Positions 27,113-41,955 of a DNA stretch of 64,000 nt are shown piece by piece. Each line of letters opens with the position of its first letter. The stretch's first letter is position 1. The translations under genes and the position numbers were made by a program. The notes beneath the pieces are model-generated. The model was given only the letters and a program-made list of their open reading frames with translations, made no database searches and was not told the DNA's origin. The stretch spans positions 17,360,001 through 17,424,000 of the forward strand of contig OZ024751.1 of the NCBI GenBank assembly GCA_964016885.1, read 5' to 3'. The stretch is from Eledone cirrhosa. Lineage: Eukaryota.

Positions 27113-27769
27113 CTATATAATATTTGTTGAACGTGTTTATTTCATTACAGCTACAAGGAATTATTCTTAATTAATATGGTAGAAGTAGTTAGTACTACTC
27201 TCAGATGTAACATTTGTTTGTCAAATTCTATCTTCGGTTACAGTTGACCGTTATAATTATCACCTCAAATCAATTTAATCAACAAAGTTGTTATTGTCTC
27301 TATCATCTTCCACCTCCTCTCCGTCTTACTTCTTCTTGTCATTATCATAATCCGCCTCCTTCATTCCTAACTCCTTTTCATCCCCTCCCGAATCAACCTC
27401 TCGAATCATTATCGTACTTACCATTTCATCATTATTGTCATCATTATAAAGTCATCATCATTATCATTATCATAATGGTTTCTTATATAGACACAAGGCC
27501 AGCAATTTGGGGGGACGGGAGGGAGGGGTATGTCGATTAGATCATCATTATAATAATAATCACCACGGCTCTTGACGACCAGCACCACTACCACTACCAT
27601 CTCCACAACCACCACTATCATCATCATCATAAGCATCACCACCAGTGTGACGATGAAGTCGACGACCACCAACACTACTACCATCACAACCACCATTATC
27701 ATCATCATCACAACCATTACTTTACAAACACTATAACAACCAACACTACCAATCCCACCAGCACCATCA

Positions 27770-30700
27770 CTACCATCTCATCACCACCATCAGCATGATA
27801 AACCCCACCATCACCACCATCAGCATGATAAACCCCACCATCACCACCATCAGCATGATAAACCCCACCATCACCACCATCAGCATGATAAGCCCCACCA
27901 TCACCATCATCAGCATGATAAGCCCCACCATCACCATCATCAGCATGATAAACCCCACCATCACCACCATCAGCATGATAAACCCCACCATCACCACCAT
28001 CAGCATGATAAACCCCACCATCACGATCATCAGCAAAATAAACCTCACCATCACCATCATCAGCATGATAAGCCTCACCATCACCACCATCAGCATGATA
28101 ATCCCCACCATCACCACCATCAGCATGATAAGCCTCACCATCACCATCATCAGCATGATAAACCCCACCATCACCACCATCAATATGATAAGCCCCACCA
28201 TCACCACCATCAGCATGATAAGCCCCACCATCACCACCATCAGCATGATAAACCCCACCATCACAACCATCAATATGATAAGCCCCACCATCACCACAAT
28301 CAGCATGATAAGCCCCGCCATCACCACCATCAACATGATAAGCCCCACCATCACCACCATCAGCATGATAAGCCCCACCATCACCATCATCAGCATGATA
28401 AACCCCACCATCACCACCATCAACATGATAAGCCCCACCATCACCACAATCAGCATGATAAGCCTCACCATCACCACCATCAGCATGATAAGCCCCACCA
28501 TCACCACCATCAGCATGATAAACCCCACCATCACCATCATCAGCATGATAAACCCCACCATCACCACCATCAGCATGATAAACCCCACCATCACCACCAT
28601 CAGCATGATAAGCCCCACCATCACCACCATCAGCATGATAAACCCCACCATCACCACCATCAGCATGATAAACCCCACCATCACCATCATCAGCATGATA
28701 AACCCCACCATCACCACCATCAGCATGATAAACACCACCATCACCACCATCAGCATGATAAACCCCATCATCACCACCATCAGCATGATAAGCCCCACCA
28801 TCACCACCATCAGCATGATAAACCCCACAATCACCATCATCAGCATGATAAACCCCACCATCACCATCATCAGCATGATAAACCCCACCATCACCACCAT
28901 CAGCATGATAAACCCCACCATCACCACCATCAGCATGATAAACCCCATCATCACCACCATCAGCATGATAAGCCCCAGCATCACCACCATCAGCATGATA
29001 AACCCCACAATCACCACCATCAGCATCATATACCCCACCATCACCACCATCAGCATGATAAACCCCACCATCACCACCATCAGCATGATAAACCCCACCA
29101 TCACCACCATCAGCATGATAAGCCCCACCATCACCACCATCAACATGATAATCCCCACCATCATCACCAACAGCATGATAAACCCCACCATCACCACCAT
29201 CAGCATGATAAACCCCACCATCACCACCATCAGCATGATAAGCCCCACCATCACCACCATCAGCATGATAAACCCCACCATCACCATCATCAGCATGATA
29301 AACCCCACAATCACCATCATCAGCATGATAAACCCCACCATCACTATCATCAGCATGATAAACCCCACATCACCACCATCAGCATGATAAACCCCACCAT
29401 CACCACCATCAGCATCATATACCCCACCATCACCACCATCAGCATGATAAACCCCACCATCACTATCATCAGCATGATAAACCCCACATCACCACCATCA
29501 GCATGATAAACCCCACCATCACCACCATCAGCATGATAAACCCCACCATCACCACCATCGGCATGATAAACCCCACCATCACCACCATCAGCATGATAAA
29601 CCCCACCATCACCACCATCAGCATCATATACCCCACCATCACCACCATCAGCACGATAAACCCCACCATCACCACCATCAGCATGATAAACCCCACAATC
29701 ACCATCATCAGCATGATAAACCCCACCATCACCACCATCAGCATCATATACCCCACCATCACCACCATCAGCATGATAAACCCCACCATCACCACCATCA
29801 GCATGATAAACCCCACCATCACCACCATCGGCATGATAAACCCCACCATCACCACCATCAGCATGATAAACCCCACCATCACCACCATCAGCATGATAAA
29901 CCCCACCATCACCACCATCAACATGATAAGCCTCACCATCACCACCATCGGCATGATAAACCCCACCATCACCACCATCAGCATCATAAGCCCCACCATC
30001 ACCACCATCAGCATGATAAACCCCACAATCACCATCATCAGCATGATAAACCCCACCATCAACACCATCAGCATCATATACCCCACCATCACCACCATCA
30101 GCATGATAAACCCCACCATCACCACCATCAGCATGATAAACCCCACAATCACCATCATCAGCATGATAAACCCCACAATCACCATCATCAGCATGATAAA
30201 CCCCACCATCATCACCATCAGCATCATATACCCCACCATCACCACCATCAGCATGATAAACCCCACCATCACCACCATCAGCATGATAAACCCCACCATC
30301 ACCACCATCAGCATGATAAACCCCACAATCACCATCATCAGCATGATAAACCCCACCATCACCACCATCAGCATGATAAACCCCACCATCACCACCATCA
30401 GCATCATATACCCCACCATCACCACCATCAGCATCATATACCCCACCATCACCACCATCAGCATGATAAACCCCACAATCACCATCATCAGCATGATAAG
30501 CCCCACCATCACCACCATCAGCATGATAAACCCCACATAACCACCATCAGCATGATAAACCCCACAATCACCATCATCAGCATGATAAGCCCCACCATCA
30601 CTATCATCAGCATGATATACCCCACCATCACCACCATCAGCATGATAAACCCCACAATCACCATCATCAGCATGATAAACCCCACCATCACTATCATCAG

Positions 30701-32455
30701 CATGATAAACCCCACCATCACCACCATCAGTATGATAAACCCCACATCACCACCATCAGCATGATAAACCCCACATCACCACCATCAGCATGATAAACCC
30801 CACATCACCACCATCAGCATGATAAACCCCACCATCACCACCATCAGCATCATATACCCCACCATCACCACCATCAGCATGATAAACCCCACAATCACCA
30901 TCATCAGCATGATAAACCCCACCATCACCACCATCAGCATCATATACCCCACCATCACCACCATCAGCATGATAAACCCCACAATCACCATCATCAGCAT
31001 GATAAACCCCACCATCACTATCATCAGCATGATAAACCCCACCATCACCACCATCAGCATGATAAACCCCACAATCACCATCATCAACATGATAAACCCC
31101 ACCATCACCACCATCAGCATGATAAACCCCACCATCACCACCATCAGCATGATAAGCCCCGCCATCACCACCATCAGCATGATAAACCCCACCATCACCA
31201 CCATCAGCATGATAAACCCCACCATCACCACCATCAGCATGATAAACCCCACCATCACCACCATCAGCATGATAAGCCCCGCCATCACCACCATCAGCAT
31301 GATAAACCCCACCATCACCACCATCAGCATGATAAACCCCACCATCACCACCATCAGCATGATAAAGACCACCATCACCACCATCAGCATGACAAACCCC
31401 ACCATCACCACCATCAGCATAATAAACGCCACCATCACCACCATCAGCATGATAAACCCCACCATCACCACCATCAGCATGATAAACCCCACCATCACCA
31501 CCATCAGCATGATAAACCCCACCATCACCACCATCAGCATGATAAGCCCCGCCATCACCACCATCAGCATGATAAACCCCACCATCACCACCATCAGCAT
31601 GATAAACCCCACCATCACCACCATCAGCATGATAAGCCCCGCCATCACCACCATCAGCATGATAAACCCCACCATCACCACCATCAGCATGATAAACCCC
31701 ACCATCACCACCATCAGCATGATAAACCCCACCATCACCACCATCAGCATGATAAGACTCACCATCACCACCATCAGCATGATAAACCCCACCATCACCA
31801 CCATCAGCATGATAAACCCCACCATCACCACCATCAGCATGATAAACCCCACCATCACCACCATCAGCATGATAAGCCCCACCATCACCACCATCAGCAT
31901 GATAAACCCCACCATCACCACCATCAGCATGATAAACCCCACCATCACCACCATCAGCATGATAAACCCCACCATCACCACCATCAGCATGATAAACCCC
32001 ACCATCACCACCATCAGCATGATAAGCCCCGCCATCACCACCATCAGCATGATAAACCCCACCATCACCACCATCAGCATGATAAACCCCACCATCACCA
32101 CCATCAGCATGATAAACCCCACCATCACCACCATCAGCATGATAAACCCCACCATCACCACCATCAGCATGATAAGCCCCACCATCACCACCATCAGCAT
32201 GATAAACCCCACCATCACCACCATCAGCATGATAAACCCCACCATCACCACCATCAGCATGATAAGCCCCACCATCACCACCATCAGCATGATAAACCCC
32301 ACCATCACCACCATCAGCATGATAAGCCCCACCATCACCACCATCAGCATGATAAACCCCACCATCACCACCATCAGCATGATAAGCCCCACCATCACCA
32401 CCATCAGCATGATAAATCCCACCATCACCATCATCAGCATGATAAGCCCCACATC
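27770..32455. repeat. 30-bp minisatellite (CCCCACCATCACCACCATCAGCATGATAAA)n, ~155 units
   Basis: Near-perfect tandem array with point variants and a few 29-bp units that shift the frame. Confidence 0.98.
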
Positions 32456-33415
32456 ACCACCATCACCACCACCATCACCATCACCGCAACCACCACAATC
32501 ATCATCATCACCATCATAGTCGTCACGAACCACCACCATAACCATCATCATCACCACCACTATCATCAAGATCATCACCACCAACCCCACCACCACTTCT
32601 ATAATAATCATCTTCATCATCTCCATCATCATCATCATCATTATAATCATCATTACCATTACAATTCTCATGATCACCACCATCATCATCACCACCACCA
32701 TCACCATCACCACCACAACCATCATTGTTATCATCACCACCACCATCACCACCACCATCACCACCACCATCACCACAACCATCACCGCCACCATCACCAC
32801 CACCATCACCACCACCATCACCACCACCATCACCACCACCACCACAACCATCACCGCCACCATCACCACCACCATCACCACCACCATCACCACCACCACC
32901 ACAACCATCACCGCCACCATCACCACCACCATCACCACCACCATCACCACCACCACCACAACCATCATCTTTATCATCATCACCACCACCATCACCACCA
33001 CCACCACCATCACCACCACCACAACCATCATCCTTATCATCATCAACACCATCATCACCACCACCATCACCACCACCATCACCACCATCACCACCACCAT
33101 CATCACCATCACCACCACCATCACCACCATCACCACCATCATCACCGCCACCATCACCACCACCATCACCACCACAACCATCATCGTTATCATCACCACC
33201 ACCACCACCACAACCATCATCGTTATCATCACCACCACCATCACCACTACAATCATCAACATTATCATCATCATCATCATCATCATCACCACCACCACCA
33301 CCACCACCACTAATCAGCATTATTATCACCACCACCACCACCAATAATCATCATTATCATCATCATCATCATCATCATCATAACCATCACCTTCATCATC
33401 AGCAGCAACACTAAC
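32456..33415. repeat. Degenerate (CAC/CAT)n microsatellite
   Basis: Direct inspection. A similar tract lies at 27580-27770, on the other side of the minisatellite. Confidence 0.95.
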
Positions 33416-33462
33416 ATCACTGTTGCGCCTATAATTCGATTTTATTCGATTACATTTTCCAG

Positions 33463-33484
33463 TTTTACACCCTAGGGCGCAATG
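33463..33484 (+). other. Candidate 22-nt micro-exon
   Basis: tacattttccag|TTTTACACCCTAGGGCGCAATG|gtaaca. Joined to 26331-26352 it reads NMKYMNEFYTLGRN. Confidence 0.25.
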
Positions 33485-33576
33485 GTAACAAGATATTCTA
33501 TATTAATTCACTCCACCACACTGCATGTTTTATCAGCATTTTTCAATATTTCATGTACTCTTCGTAATATAGACAT

Positions 33577-33973
33577 CTAGGGCGGGTAAAATTCCCGAGA
33601 TCCATTGACAAGTTCTCTCCAGCGGTCTCTGTCCCTCATTATCGCTGCCATGTCCTGCGTCTCCAACAGACCAGTGTCTGTCCTTAGGGCATCAACATAC
33701 GTTAACCTTGGTCTTCCTCTTCCAGTGTGTCCATGTAGGGGCTCACTGACGTCACTTGTGGCAAACACCCTCAGCAGGATGATTCTTAACAGGATCCAGC
33801 CTGAGATGGAGAAGAAGCTCAGGGACAAGCAGAACGGCTTCAGAGAGGGAAGATCAACCACCAGTCACATCCTGATGCTGAGGAGGATATTAGAGGGAGC
33901 TAGAGCAAAGTGCCTTCCTGCGGTCATGGTTTTCATTGACTTTAGGAAGGCCTTTGATTCTGTGGACCGTCAC
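33577..33973 (-). mobile_element. RTE-clade LINE insertion with 5' inversion and 12-bp TSD
   Basis: Minus 33577-33745 encodes the C-terminus (GRGRPRLTYVDAL...RDRDRWRE...*). Plus 33745-33970 encodes RT domains 1-3 (NRIQP...QNGFREGRSTTSHI..LRRILE...FIDFRKAFDSV). TSD TAATATAGACAT at 33565-33576 and 33974-33985. Confidence 0.9.
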
Positions 33974-34234
33974 TAATATAGACATATAAAACGAAAATCC
34001 CTTTTAGTCACGAAGGACCATGGTATTTATACCTAGAAATATCCTCCGTGGCAAGATGTTTTAGGATAATCAACTATCATCCATGTATACAAGTCTCCCA
34101 TAAATACAGCCCCCCCCCCCCCCCCCCCCAAAAAAAAAAAAAATGTATGCACACATAAACAAAAATTCTAATAAATATTGCCTGTATAAGTAATCAAAGT
34201 GTGTATACATTTTTAAGGGCACCCTGTATATAGA

Positions 34235-34421
34235 AATAATTGTTTCTACTTTTGGCAAAAGGCCAGCAATTATTCCAGTGCATTACTGATACTTTATTTT
34301 ATCGACCCCGTAAGGATGAAAGGCAAAGTTAACCTCGGCGGGATTTGAACTCAGATCATAAAGCGAGGTAACTCTCTGCTTCAAAGCATGGTGCCCGACC
34401 CTCTACCGATACTGCCAATCC
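34235..34421 (-). mobile_element. SINE with TSD AGAAATAAT
   Basis: Matches the SINE consensus. Confidence 0.88.
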
Positions 34422-36582
34422 AGAAATAATAAATGGACCTTACTGTAGCAGTTTTTTAGTTTTCTCTTTTTATCTTAAACATTTTATATCGCATTAATAA
34501 TTAATTGCAAGAGTTAAATACATTTTACTTCATTTAGAAAATTCGGAAAAGTTTTCATTTGGTATAAGTTCAGTACATACTCCATCTTCTACAGTAATTG
34601 TAAATAATTTAGAAACTGAACAATTTTTATATTTCCTGACATTTCTAAGATATTATAGTTCATATAAATCAGTGTGTGATGAGTGGTTTAACTCTTGTGG
34701 GAAACTTGTTACGATACATATTAAAAGTAAATGAGGACAAACGAAACTAAATAATAAAAACAAAACAAAACAAAGGTTTACACTTTTATCTCTTTATTTC
34801 ACAATATTTCAAGGTAAAGAACTCCTTTACAAAACAAAAGAAATTGAGTGTGGCTTACACAACGAGTAGTGCTAAGTTAGTATTCAAGGAGAAACTATCA
34901 CGCAGAGTACAACACACAATGTCTATTCTGCTTGATGAAGCAGGAACATAGATTAGCATACTTTCCAATCGTTATTATTTCTCAGAAATTAAAAGGCTTC
35001 ATTCCTATAATTCTAGCATGCTGATTTGTTCGTGAATGTAAATTTAAGTTTACACTACAATTACCTGTCAGTAATCAATAGTTTATATAAGCATAATTCT
35101 ACGATGAAAGAATCCGTTTTCGGTGAGATACAAATGTCGTTGTAAATATACGAATGACAATAACCATTGTTGGCAATCCACCTGGGGGATGACCTTACAA
35201 TTTACAGTTCATTAGACTCGTTGGCTTGTCGACAAAGAATGTAAAACAGGAAGTTTCATGATATTGTATTTTACATAATAAATGCTAAGAATACAAGAGA
35301 TGTCAGTGGGGGAAATCGCTTGTTAAAATGGAGGTGAACCAAAAATGTCGAGAGACTGAATAAATACATTACAATGTCGTTTTCTTAACCTCGCACTACT
35401 TAGCTCGTATCGATGCAATGTATACTTTTATCATACACTGATCAATAACACTTGCTTACAGAACATATAATCTTACTAATTAAATGCTTAATATTGTAAA
35501 AAGCAAGGAATATATTCCCTTCTTTTATATCTGCTGTCATTAGCATGATTTCTACTTTGTTATCGATTAATACGGTGGAAGAAAAGTACTCATGAACCTT
35601 TATTAAGACCTCCGATACTATTGGAACTTCTCAAGTCTCAGGTTCGGTTCGTATTCTGACAACAGATAGTATTCTTGTAAATCCAACCTAACAACATGTG
35701 TAAGTCCTGGTCATAAACTTAACGATGGATTACGTCTACTACAAATGTAAGCCATTTCAGAAGAGGAATTCAGAATGCAAAGGCTCGCAACAAATGCCAC
35801 AAGTCATTTCATCCGACGTTCGAGCGACTAAACTCTTATATCCCCGTCCATTGTTATTTTTTATCGAACCATAATGGATTCAAAGCAAATTTCACTTGAT
35901 TGCATTGAACGCAAATTATAAGGAACCGGAGGAAATACAGCAAGGTGTTTCTTCCGGCGCTCTGCATCTGCCAGGTTGTTTATAAACATATATTATTAGA
36001 TTTTGCTTTAGGCACAGGGCCAACATGTTGTGGGTGGGGACATTCGATTATATCTATAAATGATAGGCAAAATTTACTCTGTTGCCATTTGAACTCAGAA
36101 CGTAAAGGGACCGGAACTAATGGTTTCTAAATTAGGTACTGAGCCAATAATATCTGTGATGAGGAAATTTAATTAAATCAATCCGAGTATTGACATGTAC
36201 TATATTTTAATGACCTCAGAATGACGAAAATTCTAACTTGACCTCTGCAACATTTGTACTCTGAACATGATATACCGTAACTAAATGCGTTATATTTCCC
36301 GCCGAGGTTAGCTCTGCCGTTCATGCTTCCGAGGTCGATGAGATAATGCACCGACTTTCCCCTCCCGTTCATATTTAATACTAACTTGATGTAACACTAT
36401 TCCTCTGCGTATAATAAACGAGACCAGCCATCACTCAACGGGACACGTTGACGTCTAAATATAAAAAAAAAAAATCATGTTCACTTAAAAATTATTTTTA
36501 AATGCTTAAAATATACACAGACATGTATATAATGTGAAATGAAACTGGAAGGCCCATATATATACGTTTGTGTATATATATA

Positions 36583-36643
<61 letters not shown>

Positions 36644-36851
36644 ATATATGTATTATTATTTGTCTGACCCGAATTTTCTTGGTCGTTTTTTCGGCTGTGC
36701 GAATGATTTTAAGCATTGTCTCGGTGTGTTGGTATTTAAACGTTAGTTATAGCTCTGGTTTATCCAAACTATTGAGCACTTTGCCACGCATTTCGAAGAT
36801 TGTGTTTCGTTATTTCGTGGGCCGAGATTCCGATTCTCGATAATTTATTTG

Positions 36852-36919
<68 letters not shown>

Positions 36920-36944
36920 AGTGTGTGTGTGTATATATACACAC

Positions 36945-36994
<50 letters not shown>

Positions 36995-37209
36995 GTGTGA
37001 GTTTGTATGTATAGATATATGAATTATTTCTGTAGGAAGGCTAAAGGAAAGGAGAGTGCTCTATATATCAGCCTCGCTTTCAATTGTTTAAGCCTTTGTT
37101 TTTAAATTCATATCTTACGTCCATATTCAATTTTAATTTTCATTCTTAAGAGCGATTCCAGATGTCTGTGTTGAGCTCGTCTGTCTTCGTGAAACATTTG
37201 GTAAATGGA

Positions 37210-37242
37210 ATAATTGTCTTATGTTGTTTATTACATAACTCT

Positions 37243-37324
<82 letters not shown>

Positions 37325-37350
37325 TCATGTAATAAACAACATAAGACAAT

Positions 37351-37352
<2 letters not shown>
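37210..37352. repeat. Near-perfect palindrome centred on (CT)n(TA)n(GA)n
   Basis: ATAATTGTCTTATGTTGTTTATTACAT ... ATGTAATAAACAACATAAGACAATTAT. Confidence 0.88.
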
Positions 37353-37406
<54 letters not shown>

Positions 37407-37883
37407 ATACGTAGGTGTCTGTGATCTATATACTCTGGTCATAGACACACACATTTATATATATATACACACGCTCACATGTATATATACACAACACCAC
37501 CACCAGCTTGCTCTCTTCCACTCTCCTTCTCCTGTCCCTCTCTATGTCTCTCTTTGAATCTACTCTGTCACATCCACTATATCTTTCTCTCTATTTTCTC
37601 ACCATACGAACATACTACACTGCCAATACAGAGGAACAAGGCAACAACACACGCACACACACACACAGTAACATTCAACAAACAGGCAGAGAATGGACTG
37701 ACAGCTAGCGCCACCCCACTCCCACAGTTGAAAGAACAACTTCAGCTGCTGACCTCTGCCCGACCGACCCCATTTCACGCGCACGCGCGCTCTGCTGAAT
37801 ACCTCAGATATTCAAAACACGAACAGCGGAGGACGCGTTTCGCACCTTTCCGACAGACAACCTTTCCCCCACTCCGGAAAAAA

Positions 37884-37919
37884 CCCCAGTTGATGGATGT
37901 GAATCCGAAATATATAGGG
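37884..37919 (+). ncRNA. Degenerate minimal hammerhead-like motif in a ~650-bp TA-flanked insert
   Basis: CCC-CAGTTGA-TGGAT(GTGA)ATCC-GAAA-TATA-TA-GGG. Stems I and II and a palindromic stem III are intact, but the core is mutated. Confidence 0.45.
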
Positions 37920-38128
37920 ACAATTAAATCTCTCCCAAGGTAACTCTCTCTCGTGTTGTTATTTTTATTTTATCCTTTATGCTCTTTCCTTCATTCCTCT
38001 ACACGTCTTATACACGCCATACATCTCAACGTACACCCACTTACATCTCTCTATCCACCACCGGATCTGTTACTCGGAGATTTACCCATTTGCATTGTCG
38101 AGGCTTCCAAACGACTTAAAGAAATTTA

Positions 38129-38178
<50 letters not shown>

Positions 38179-38182
<4 letters not shown>

Positions 38183-39773
38183 AATAAGGAAAAGCGAAGT
38201 ACTTTCAGATGTTCAAGTCCTTTAATAATAATGGTGTGATATATATTTCAATGGCGACAGTGGCCACGCTGTTCCGTGCGCCAGTGCCGCGACATCGTCA
38301 GACAGCTTGTTACATATTAAGGTTATATTTCCAAGGCAATCCATATTGAATCGACATGGGAACGGACGAGGTGTGTGCTCCTGGGTTCTTCATCCGTTCC
38401 TTTGTGAGTACCAATTCACCGCCACCGCTCTGCGCAGGCGCAGGTCCGAAGGAAGTTGACCATTAGCTACCGCAGATTTCAATGAAATTCGTCTAATCAT
38501 TTCCCCCTCTCAACCAAACAATGACCCATTCAGGCTTGTTATATTTAGCTTACTGCTACCCACCCGTCTGTGGCAGTCACCGAAAACCAGTGGGGATGGG
38601 AGAGTGTGAGTATCAATAGGTCTCAATACTTGTTTCTACTTAAGGCACAAGGCCAACAATTACACCAGTGCATTACTGGTACTTTATATCATCGAATGGA
38701 CAGTATAATTGACCATCAACCTCTAAGAGAAAATATACTTTATTTTAGGTATCATGGTTTCACAGTAGAAGTTATGAATGAGAGTTGGAAATTAGAACTA
38801 AAAATTAAAAGTTAAGAATCGAAAATCAGAAATCAAATATTAAGAATTAAAAATTAAAAATTAATAATCAACAATTAAAAAGATTTACAAGTGAGAATCT
38901 AGATTGAGGTGAGTAAAAAATATAGATTGAAGAGAGTAAAAAATATATGCACCTATGCTATCTACTACGTAGGGAGATGTTTAAGTAAGACGTTTTGAAA
39001 GGGGTATTAATGTTACAGATATATTATCTACATACTGAACGATAGTACCGTACATTAGAATGGACGGTAAATGACAGTATGAGAGGTAGTAGTTAGGCGG
39101 GTACATAGTTAGAATGTTCATCACAAGGAACAAAACCAAAATAAACACAGATATAAAGTACACAAAAGAAAAACACAAAAAAATTTCCAATAAATGTAAA
39201 ACACACATACAGTACATATATGCAAAATTCTTAATATTTGAATTCTGATTTTCGATTCTTAACTTTTAATTTTTAGTTGTAATTTCCAACTCTCATTCAT
39301 AACTTCTGCTGTGAAACCATGATACCTAGAATTAAGTATATTTTCTCTTAGAGGTTGATGGTCAATTATACTGTCCATGCTTAATGGAGGGGTTGTATTG
39401 AGACCAATTGATACTCACACTCTCCCATCCCCAATGGCTTTCGGCTGAAACATAACCTTATTATGTAACAAGCTGACGATGTCGCGACACTCGCACACAG
39501 AACAGTGTGGCCAGTGTCGCCATTGAAAAATATATCACAGCATTTTGGCAGTATCGGTAGAGGGTCGGACGCCATGCTTTGACACATAGAGATACAGCCC
39601 TTGCCATTCTGAGTTCAAATCCCGCCGAGGTTAACTTTGCCTTTCAGCCTTACGGGGTCGATAAAATAAAGTACCAGTAATGTACTGTGTAATTGCTGGC
39701 CTTGTGCCAATAGTAGAAATAATTATTAAAGGACTTGAACATCTGAAACTACTTCGCTTTTCCTTATTAGATA
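38179..39773. repeat. ~1.6-kb inverted duplication with independent SINE insertions
   Basis: 38179-38230 / 39722-39773, 38237-38315 / 39463-39540, 38581-38630 / 39395-39445 and 38696-38830 / 39245-39378 are reverse-complement pairs. Confidence 0.85.
39546..39727 (+). mobile_element. SINE
   Basis: Matches the SINE consensus. Confidence 0.88.
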
Positions 39774-39846
39774 TTTACTCCGTCACTCCCATGTGGAATA
39801 AGTACGTTGAGTGCTTGAATTGAATTGCATCAATATTTACCCTAAG

Positions 39847-39884
<38 letters not shown>

Positions 39885-39977
39885 TATATATATATATATA
39901 AATATATTTACATATATAAATATATATATATATCTATATATATATATATATAAATATAAATATATTTATATATATAA

Positions 39978-40022
<45 letters not shown>

Positions 40023-40247
40023 TACATACATTGAATTAAATGGGAAATGCTTACACATACATTATCTAATTAATCATTTTATACGCTGCTAGAATGCTAG
40101 TAACGCATATCTGACTAGTAGAGATATCTAATATATATTACAATTCAGAAAGAAAAATGAGAGAGAGAGAGTGAGGGTCTCTGTGTGAGAAAGTCACAGA
40201 TAAAGGAAGGGGGGGGGGGCAGAGCAGAAATGGAAGGCAAAAGCATA

Positions 40248-40660
40248 AATAATTCTTTCTACATATGGCACAAGGCCAGCAATTTGAAGGGAAGGGGAAA
40301 GTCGACTAAATCGATCCCAGTACGTTACTGGTACTTTATTTTATCAACCCCGTAAGGATGAAAGGCAAAGTTAACCTCGGCGGTATTTGAACTCAGATCA
40401 TAAAGGGCGGTAACTCTTTGCTGCAAATCATGGCGTCCGACCCTCTACCGATACTGCCAATCTACCGCATAAATAATTGTTTTATACTTTAGGCACAAGG
40501 CCAGCAATTAACCAGTGCATTACTGGTACTTTATTTTATCGACCCCGTAAGGATGAAAGGCAAAGTCAACCTCGGCGAGATTTGAACTCAGATCGTAAAG
40601 GGACGTAACTATGCTGGAAAGCATGGCATCCGACCCTCTTCCGATACTGCCAATCTACCG
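40248..40660 (-). mobile_element. Tandem long-form plus short-form SINE
   Basis: Two different subfamily copies separated and flanked by three copies of GCATAAATAAT. Confidence 0.9.
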
Positions 40661-41116
40661 CATAAATAATGAAGGTAAAAAATACATGAAAAACTGTAAA
40701 GCCACTAAAAGGATCTGTTGTACAATATATATTCTTTTTGTTTCTATGTATTGAAATAACTTTTTTTTTTAATATGTGGTAAAATCTTAACAATATATTA
40801 CACCTCGAAATTGTAGTTATTTGAAATAAACACTTCTTGTCCTTTTTTTTTTTTTTGAGACAGGCATCTTTTATAACGGCTCACATAGTTCTACAGAATT
40901 TCCGGGTAGTTTACCTGAGAACATAGTCGTGAAGATAAATGATATGTTCGTGACAAAATATAGTTGAACAGTATATGGCCTAATCTAAGCCAACATATTC
41001 TATGTTTATTATCATTATTCAATGTCTGATACGACTTAAACGTTGACAGATCTGGCTTACACAATGGTAGATTGAAATTTGAGAGCTTATCTCTAGATTC
41101 TTCCCATTACATATAT

Positions 41117-41155
<39 letters not shown>

Positions 41156-41241
41156 CAAACACTCATATATGTATGTATATATACCTATATATATATACAT
41201 AAACATTCATGTATGTATATATACCGATATATATGTGGGTG

Positions 41242-41275
<34 letters not shown>

Positions 41276-41955
41276 AAGAGAGGGGGAGAGAGAGATAGAG
41301 AGAGAGGGAGAGAGAGAGAGTTTGTGTGTGTGTTTGAACAGACATGCAAATCCGAAAATGCGTGTGATCAAATAAAAATAGAATAAGGTTCAATAAATCT
41401 GTATTATATAATCTTTTGTTTTATAACGAAGAAAATATTTAGAAACTGGTAGCTTCATATCCGAAGGATATCAGATATTCCTTTTCTTTTTTCTTTTTTC
41501 TGAAGAACGAATTGTAAACGGGAAGATTCATAGAACAGGTTTCTGATGAAAAAGTGGAAGCAGAGGTGAATCGATTTGTCTTGCCGGGGGTTGTAGATTG
41601 TAAAGAGACGTTTTTGCAGCTCGAGTAGAAATTATGAGCCGCTATATTCATGTTTCTCAGCAGTTTAATTCTCAATGAAAGGCTTCTTCAAATTTGGTGT
41701 CATTTGCTTGAGGTTATTCTAGACTTCACTCAACCAAACTATCTATCTAATCTATCTATTTATCTCTCTATATATATATTTCTCTCTCCATAGTCGTTTT
41801 AACAGGTAGATCCGAAAAGATCTAGCTGTGGAAACGGCCGGAGCTCAGCTGTCGGAATCCTGAATGTTTTCATATTACCCACTCAACTACCCCAAGTATC
41901 GAGTACTCTGGTTTTTACCGCCTCTATTCTGATATATATATATATATATATACAT

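Noticed and set aside
27770-33414. Long ORFs (530-841 aa; MINPTITTIS and MVVMVGFIML repeats, poly-Pro/Gly)
   Set aside because: They are by-products of a stop-free 30-bp minisatellite and (CAC)n, are open on both strands, and are broken by 29-bp units.
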